DNA of 64,000 nt, taken from assembly GCA_023454275.1 (NCBI GenBank), contig JAEYGM010000048.1:179283-243282 (forward strand), given 5' to 3'. The translations under genes were made by a program, and so were the position numbers. The notes under the pieces were generated by a model. That model saw only the letters and a program-made list of their open reading frames with translations. It was not told where the DNA came from and ran no database searches. How positions within the stretch are numbered: position 1 is the stretch's first letter; every line of letters starts with the position of its first letter. This document shows positions 60,006 to 64,000 of the stretch, one piece after another. The DNA comes from Bacillota bacterium (GTDB lineage: Bacteria > Bacillota > Clostridia > Acetivibrionales > DSM-2933).

Positions 60006-61063
60006 ATAATAAAGTTTACGTAATTGGAGTAAAAACATATGACAAAGCATTAATTAAACAACATATTGAAAAATGCTGGAACGAATTAAGTGATGATAAA
60101 CCGATAGTATCGACAGGTCAGAAAGTACTAATAAAACCTAACCTGGCAGGAGCTTTTACACCGGAACAGGCAGTAACCACCCACCCCGATATCATAGAAA
60201 CTGTTGTTGATCTTGTTATTAGGGATGGTGGAATACCAGTTGTTGGTGATATACCGACAGTAGGTGAAATTGCATTTGAAGCTACAGGTTTTTTCGATAT
60301 TCAGAAGAAAGGGAAATTTAAAGTCCTTGAATCTAAATATAAAAGTATTGATGTACTAAAAGGTTCAAGGAAGGTAAATGTTGCAAAAGATTTATTTGAA
60401 GCAGATGTTTTCATATCTCTTCCTAAAATAAAAACACACGTTTTAACAGGAATGAGCGGAGCAATCAAGAATACATTCGGTCTGATGGAACCTAAGGATA
60501 GAAAGATTACACATTGTACAGAAGACTTAACTGAATTTTCAAATATACTTGTTGATGTATATAAAGTGCGTATACCGGACTTAGTCATTGCTGACGCTAT
60601 ATTGGCAATGGAAGGAATAGGTCCAACTCATGGTATTCCTAGAAAGTGTAATACCGTTTTAGTTGGGAAAAATGGTGCTGCTGTTGATATTGCGGCATCT
60701 AAGTTAATGGGTTATGATTTAAACTCGGTTCCAACATGTAGAATATCAATTGAGCAAAATATGACAGATGAAGGGGTTGATTTCCTGTATTTTGGAAGTG
60801 AGATTAAGGAGTGGAATAGTTTTAAAAGGGTACCGGTATTTGAAGGGAAGGAAAGAATACGCTTTGTTAAGCTTGCTCTTGGAAGATTAGCAGTTAAAGA
60901 GGCTGGTTGTACAAAATGCGGGATTTGTAGCAAATGTTGTCCTGCCAGAGCAATAAGATTTAACCCCTGGCCAGTGTTTGATGCTAAGAAATGTGTGTAT
61001 TGCTTCTGTTGCCTTGAAATGTGTCCGACTGGTTCAATACTGACAGAGAAGAAAATTAATTAA
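60002..61063 (+). CDS. DUF362-domain protein with C-terminal 2x[4Fe-4S] ferredoxin motifs
   Basis: C-terminal CTKCGICSKCCP…CVYCFCCLEMCP; start overlaps upstream stop (ATGA). Confidence 0.7.
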   Translation: MNNKVYVIGVKTYDKALIKQHIEKCWNELSDDKPIVSTGQKVLIKPNLAGAFTPEQAVTTHPDIIETVVDLVIRDGGIPVVGDIPTVGEIAFEATGFFDIQKKGKFKVLESKYKSIDVLKGSRKVNVAKDLFEADVFISLPKIKTHVLTGMSGAIKNTFGLMEPKDRKITHCTEDLTEFSNILVDVYKVRIPDLVIADAILAMEGIGPTHGIPRKCNTVLVGKNGAAVDIAASKLMGYDLNSVPTCRISIEQNMTDEGVDFLYFGSEIKEWNSFKRVPVFEGKERIRFVKLALGRLAVKEAGCTKCGICSKCCPARAIRFNPWPVFDAKKCVYCFCCLEMCPTGSILTEKKIN

Positions 61064-61085
61064 TAATATTTTAGGAGGCCATAAA

Positions 61086-62021
61086 TTGCTTTTAGAAGTT
61101 TCTGATGTTTCAAAAGATTATGGAAAGATCAAGGCTGTAAAAAATGTAAGCTTTAGGATAAATATTGGGGAGATATTTGGATTATTGGGACCCAATGGAG
61201 CTGGCAAAACTTCTATTCTGGAAATGATTGAAGGGATAAGAAGATTAAATAGCGGAAGTGTATTGTTTAATGGGAAATTGTTAAACAAAAAGGAACTCAG
61301 CTTTTTTTTGGGAATTCAATTTCAAGAGAATAGCCTTTTTGATTTAATGACGGTAGAAGAAACAATAGGTTATTTTGCTACTATATATAATCTCAAGGAT
61401 AAAAAGCAGGACAGTTTATTAGAGTATATGGCACTGGACCAGATGAAACATAAAAAGGCTGGGGAACTGTCTATAGGTCAGCAGCGCAGCCTTTGCGTGC
61501 TTCTGGCGTTTATTCATAAACCGGCACTTGTAATACTTGATGAACCAACTAGTGGACTAGACCCTATTGCCAGAAGACGGCTTTGGGGGTTTCTTAATGA
61601 ATATATTCGTGATAAAAATAATGCTATCTTATTAAGTACACATTATATGGATGAAGCGGAGTATCTATGTCACCGGGTTGCTTTGTTAAATAGGGGAGAA
61701 ATTGTAGGATTAGGGAGTCCTGAAGAGTTAATAAGAAATATTGGTTTGCAAGGTATAATTAGTTTCACATGTTCAAATTTAGAGAATTATGATTTTGCGG
61801 GTAGTATACAAAATGTTGTTAGTGTACATAGAAGGTCCAATAGTGTAATACTAAAAACAAGCGAATTATTTACAACTTTGAATAGTTTGCTTGATGAAGT
61901 GCGAAAATTGAAAATTGAATTGACTGATTTACAAGTTAGAAAATTGAATTTGGAAGATGTCTTTTTAAAATTAGCAGGACAGGAGTTTATGGATGAAGAT
62001 AATCAAACTATATTGGTATAA
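61086..62021 (+). CDS. ABC transporter ATP-binding protein (ABC-2 exporter type), TTG start
   Basis: Walker A GPNGAGKTS, signature LSIGQQRSL, Walker B ILDEPTSGLD; AGGAGG RBS. Confidence 0.9.
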   Translation: MLLEVSDVSKDYGKIKAVKNVSFRINIGEIFGLLGPNGAGKTSILEMIEGIRRLNSGSVLFNGKLLNKKELSFFLGIQFQENSLFDLMTVEETIGYFATIYNLKDKKQDSLLEYMALDQMKHKKAGELSIGQQRSLCVLLAFIHKPALVILDEPTSGLDPIARRRLWGFLNEYIRDKNNAILLSTHYMDEAEYLCHRVALLNRGEIVGLGSPEELIRNIGLQGIISFTCSNLENYDFAGSIQNVVSVHRRSNSVILKTSELFTTLNSLLDEVRKLKIELTDLQVRKLNLEDVFLKLAGQEFMDEDNQTILV

Positions 62022-62736
62022 TTTAAAAATGTTATTAAGGAGTAAAGAAGTTTTATTTTGGTCGATAATCTTTCCTCCGATAATGTTAATAATTATGGGA
62101 ACATTGTTTCCATATAAGGGACTTGGTGTAGAAGACGAACGATATATTCAATTTCTTACACCAGGATTAATTGGGCTAACTATTATGATGGGAAGTTTGA
62201 CAGTAACATCTGCAAGACTTGTGCGATACTCTCAAAAAGGAATGCTGCTGAGAATGTCTCTTACCCCACTTTCTGCAACAAGGTTTTTAATTATTGAAAT
62301 GGTAATAAGTATGAGTTTGATTTTTATTCAAAGTATAATAGTTCTATTATTAGGCAAAATTATATTTCAAATAGAAACGGCACCTTTGACGCAATTTATT
62401 CCGGCGGTTATAGCTGGGATTATAGTCTTTACTTCTTATGGTGGAGCAATATCGGGATTAACAAAAACAGCGGAAGGTGTTGATGTTTTAGCTAATTTAA
62501 TTGCTACACCGATGATGTTTTTATGTGGAGTATTTTTTTCAACCTCTCAGCTACCGGAGAAAGTTAAAATGTTTTCTGAAATGTTACCATTAACACAAAT
62601 TTTATATCTACTGCGAAATAAAACCGGAGTATATAACACTAAAGCAATTCTGGTTTTAACTTTATGGGGGATATTGGGGATATTACTCAGTATCTTCGCT
62701 GTTAAGGTGAATCAAAGAATTATAAAAAGGGGATGA
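61993..62736 (+). CDS. ABC-2 family transporter permease (6 TM)
   Basis: 247 aa polytopic protein overlapping ATPase stop. Confidence 0.8.
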   Translation: MKIIKLYWYNLKMLLRSKEVLFWSIIFPPIMLIIMGTLFPYKGLGVEDERYIQFLTPGLIGLTIMMGSLTVTSARLVRYSQKGMLLRMSLTPLSATRFLIIEMVISMSLIFIQSIIVLLLGKIIFQIETAPLTQFIPAVIAGIIVFTSYGGAISGLTKTAEGVDVLANLIATPMMFLCGVFFSTSQLPEKVKMFSEMLPLTQILYLLRNKTGVYNTKAILVLTLWGILGILLSIFAVKVNQRIIKRG

Positions 62737-62743
62737 TATTTTA

Positions 62744-63802
62744 TTGGGTAAGAGACCTTTGTGCCTACTTGATTTGGTTATATCAGAGGATTTATGTAAT
62801 CTAAGATGCAAATACTGTTATAGTCATGATACCTTAACAATAATGAAATCCCAGATCAAAATGGAACAATATCAAATAAGCAGAGTACTTGACATTGTAG
62901 ATATTGTGTGTAGGAGTTTTGATCTAGCAATTTTAAAGATCAGCGGTGGAGAAATATTTATATATGAAAATATAGTAGACTTAATAGATATTGTTTCCCC
63001 TTTAGTTCCCAGAGTAAAGATTCAGACCAATGGTACATTGTTAAATAAGGATATAGTTAATGAGATTGGGAAGTATAAGAATGTTGGACTTCAATTTACT
63101 TTAGATGGACATGCATGGAATATGAATTCTTATCGGGTCAGTGAAAATTTGCATAAGAAGCTCATCGAAAATTTAAATATTATTTTAAGTATAGGAATTC
63201 CGACAGAAATAAATTGTTGTGTTCACAATCGAAATATTGAACAGTTATTGGAATATGCAGAGTATATTGCATCTTTGCCAGGCAACCCAATACTAAATTT
63301 TATTCCAGTTCGAAATAAAGAACGAGGATTATTCTTTCCTGATGCCATACAGTCTGATGTTTTTGAAAAACTTTTAAATGATGACAGATTAGCAAGGGTA
63401 TTGCCTCCAAAGCTCTTTTTACAAAGGATAAGGCAATTTATCAGTATGAAGTCAAAAAATTATCAGTATTCTTGCAGACTCCCAGGTATTACTTTAGGAA
63501 TGAACGATTTTGGTATAGTAAAAGCTTGCCCATTTCTTGAAACGTCTGAAAAAATGAGCTTAGGAAATATTTTCGAAAATGGATATGATAAAGTATTTTC
63601 TGAGGTAGGGGCTGGGAAAATTCACAGTCTGCTTAAGCACCCAAGGCTTCATCCAGTTGCCTGTAAAGAGTGCTTTTCAGATTGCGAAGTTATTCAAATG
63701 TACGTTGCAGGAAATTATGGGGAAGAAGAGCTGAAAAAATATTGGTTTTTTAACGACGAACAAGTGTTAGATATCTTAAGAAAAACAAAGCAAAGCACAT
63801 GA
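62744..63802 (+). CDS. radical SAM enzyme with C-terminal SPASM/twitch-type auxiliary Cys motifs
   Basis: CNLRCKYC (Cx3Cx2C) at residues 18-25, GGE SAM motif (ISGGEIF), C-x12-G-x4-C and CKECFSDC near C-terminus. Confidence 0.8.
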   Translation: MGKRPLCLLDLVISEDLCNLRCKYCYSHDTLTIMKSQIKMEQYQISRVLDIVDIVCRSFDLAILKISGGEIFIYENIVDLIDIVSPLVPRVKIQTNGTLLNKDIVNEIGKYKNVGLQFTLDGHAWNMNSYRVSENLHKKLIENLNIILSIGIPTEINCCVHNRNIEQLLEYAEYIASLPGNPILNFIPVRNKERGLFFPDAIQSDVFEKLLNDDRLARVLPPKLFLQRIRQFISMKSKNYQYSCRLPGITLGMNDFGIVKACPFLETSEKMSLGNIFENGYDKVFSEVGAGKIHSLLKHPRLHPVACKECFSDCEVIQMYVAGNYGEEELKKYWFFNDEQVLDILRKTKQST

Positions 63803-63827
63803 AAGACTATTAAGTAGGTGAAATGTT

Positions 63828-64000
63828 TTGAGTTTTTTCCCGACAGTAAGCTTAATAATGCCAACATTTAATAAACTTTCCCGGTTAAGGTTTGCATTGA
63901 AATCACTTAATAAGCAAAGCTATCCGTTTGAAAAATGGGAACTTGTTATTGTTGACGATGGTTCCACTGAGTCTGTTGAAAATTTATTAGACGAATTAGA
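63828..64000 (+). CDS. GT2 glycosyltransferase, 5' part (continues beyond window), TTG start
   Basis: PTVSLIMPTFNK…ELVIVDDGSTE GT-A signature; AGGTGA RBS. Confidence 0.7.
   Translation, partial: MSFFPTVSLIMPTFNKLSRLRFALKSLNKQSYPFEKWELVIVDDGSTESVENLLDEL

Overview
This 64 kb window is chromosomal DNA from a low-GC Firmicute. SpoIID, a LysM-SleB cortex-type hydrolase, SLH-domain proteins and a cyanophycin cluster point to a spore-forming Clostridia, possibly a Ruminiclostridium/Acetivibrio-like lineage. The left third carries a complete type I-C CRISPR-Cas locus: cas3, a hairpin plus promoter gap, cas5c-cas8c-cas7c-cas4-cas1-cas2, an AT-rich leader, then 29 full 33-bp repeats with a degenerate distal end. 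The locus is flanked upstream by a small region of hypothetical genes that includes a frameshifted sigma-like gene, and downstream by a tRNA-Arg(ACG) on the minus strand. The middle of the window is mostly core metabolism and sporulation. It holds spoIID, an orphan cytoplasmic histidine kinase, an AraC regulator, leuCDB, a divergent LexA-like repressor, the cyanophycin utilisation/synthesis cluster iadA-cphB-cphA, folE, hemerythrin, an NfeD-flotillin operon, zapA, a doubled U32 peptidase, dut, and glgCD. It also contains a c-di-AMP (ydaO-class) riboswitch in front of a LysM-LysM-SleB cell-wall hydrolase, eukaryotic-type NADP-IDH, a PadR-DUF1700-DUF4097 envelope-stress module, and a GT2 / flippase-like / ArnT-like polyprenyl-phosphate glycosylation trio. 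Further right are a decayed FN3-type surface-protein pseudogene, an SLH-TPR protein, and a TetR/MFS efflux pair with a perfect 28-bp palindromic operator. The right end (about 57.2-64 kb) is visibly more AT-rich and begins at an IS66-transposase remnant. It is headed by a LoaP-like NusG paralog with a long 5' leader. A co-directional operon follows: a VOC protein, an E2-acyltransferase-like protein apparently lacking the catalytic His, a DUF362-[4Fe-4S] protein, an ABC-2 exporter, a radical-SAM SPASM/twitch enzyme and a GT2 that runs off the window. This antiterminator-headed cluster is the best candidate for an undescribed system here. Its product class cannot be assigned from sequence alone.
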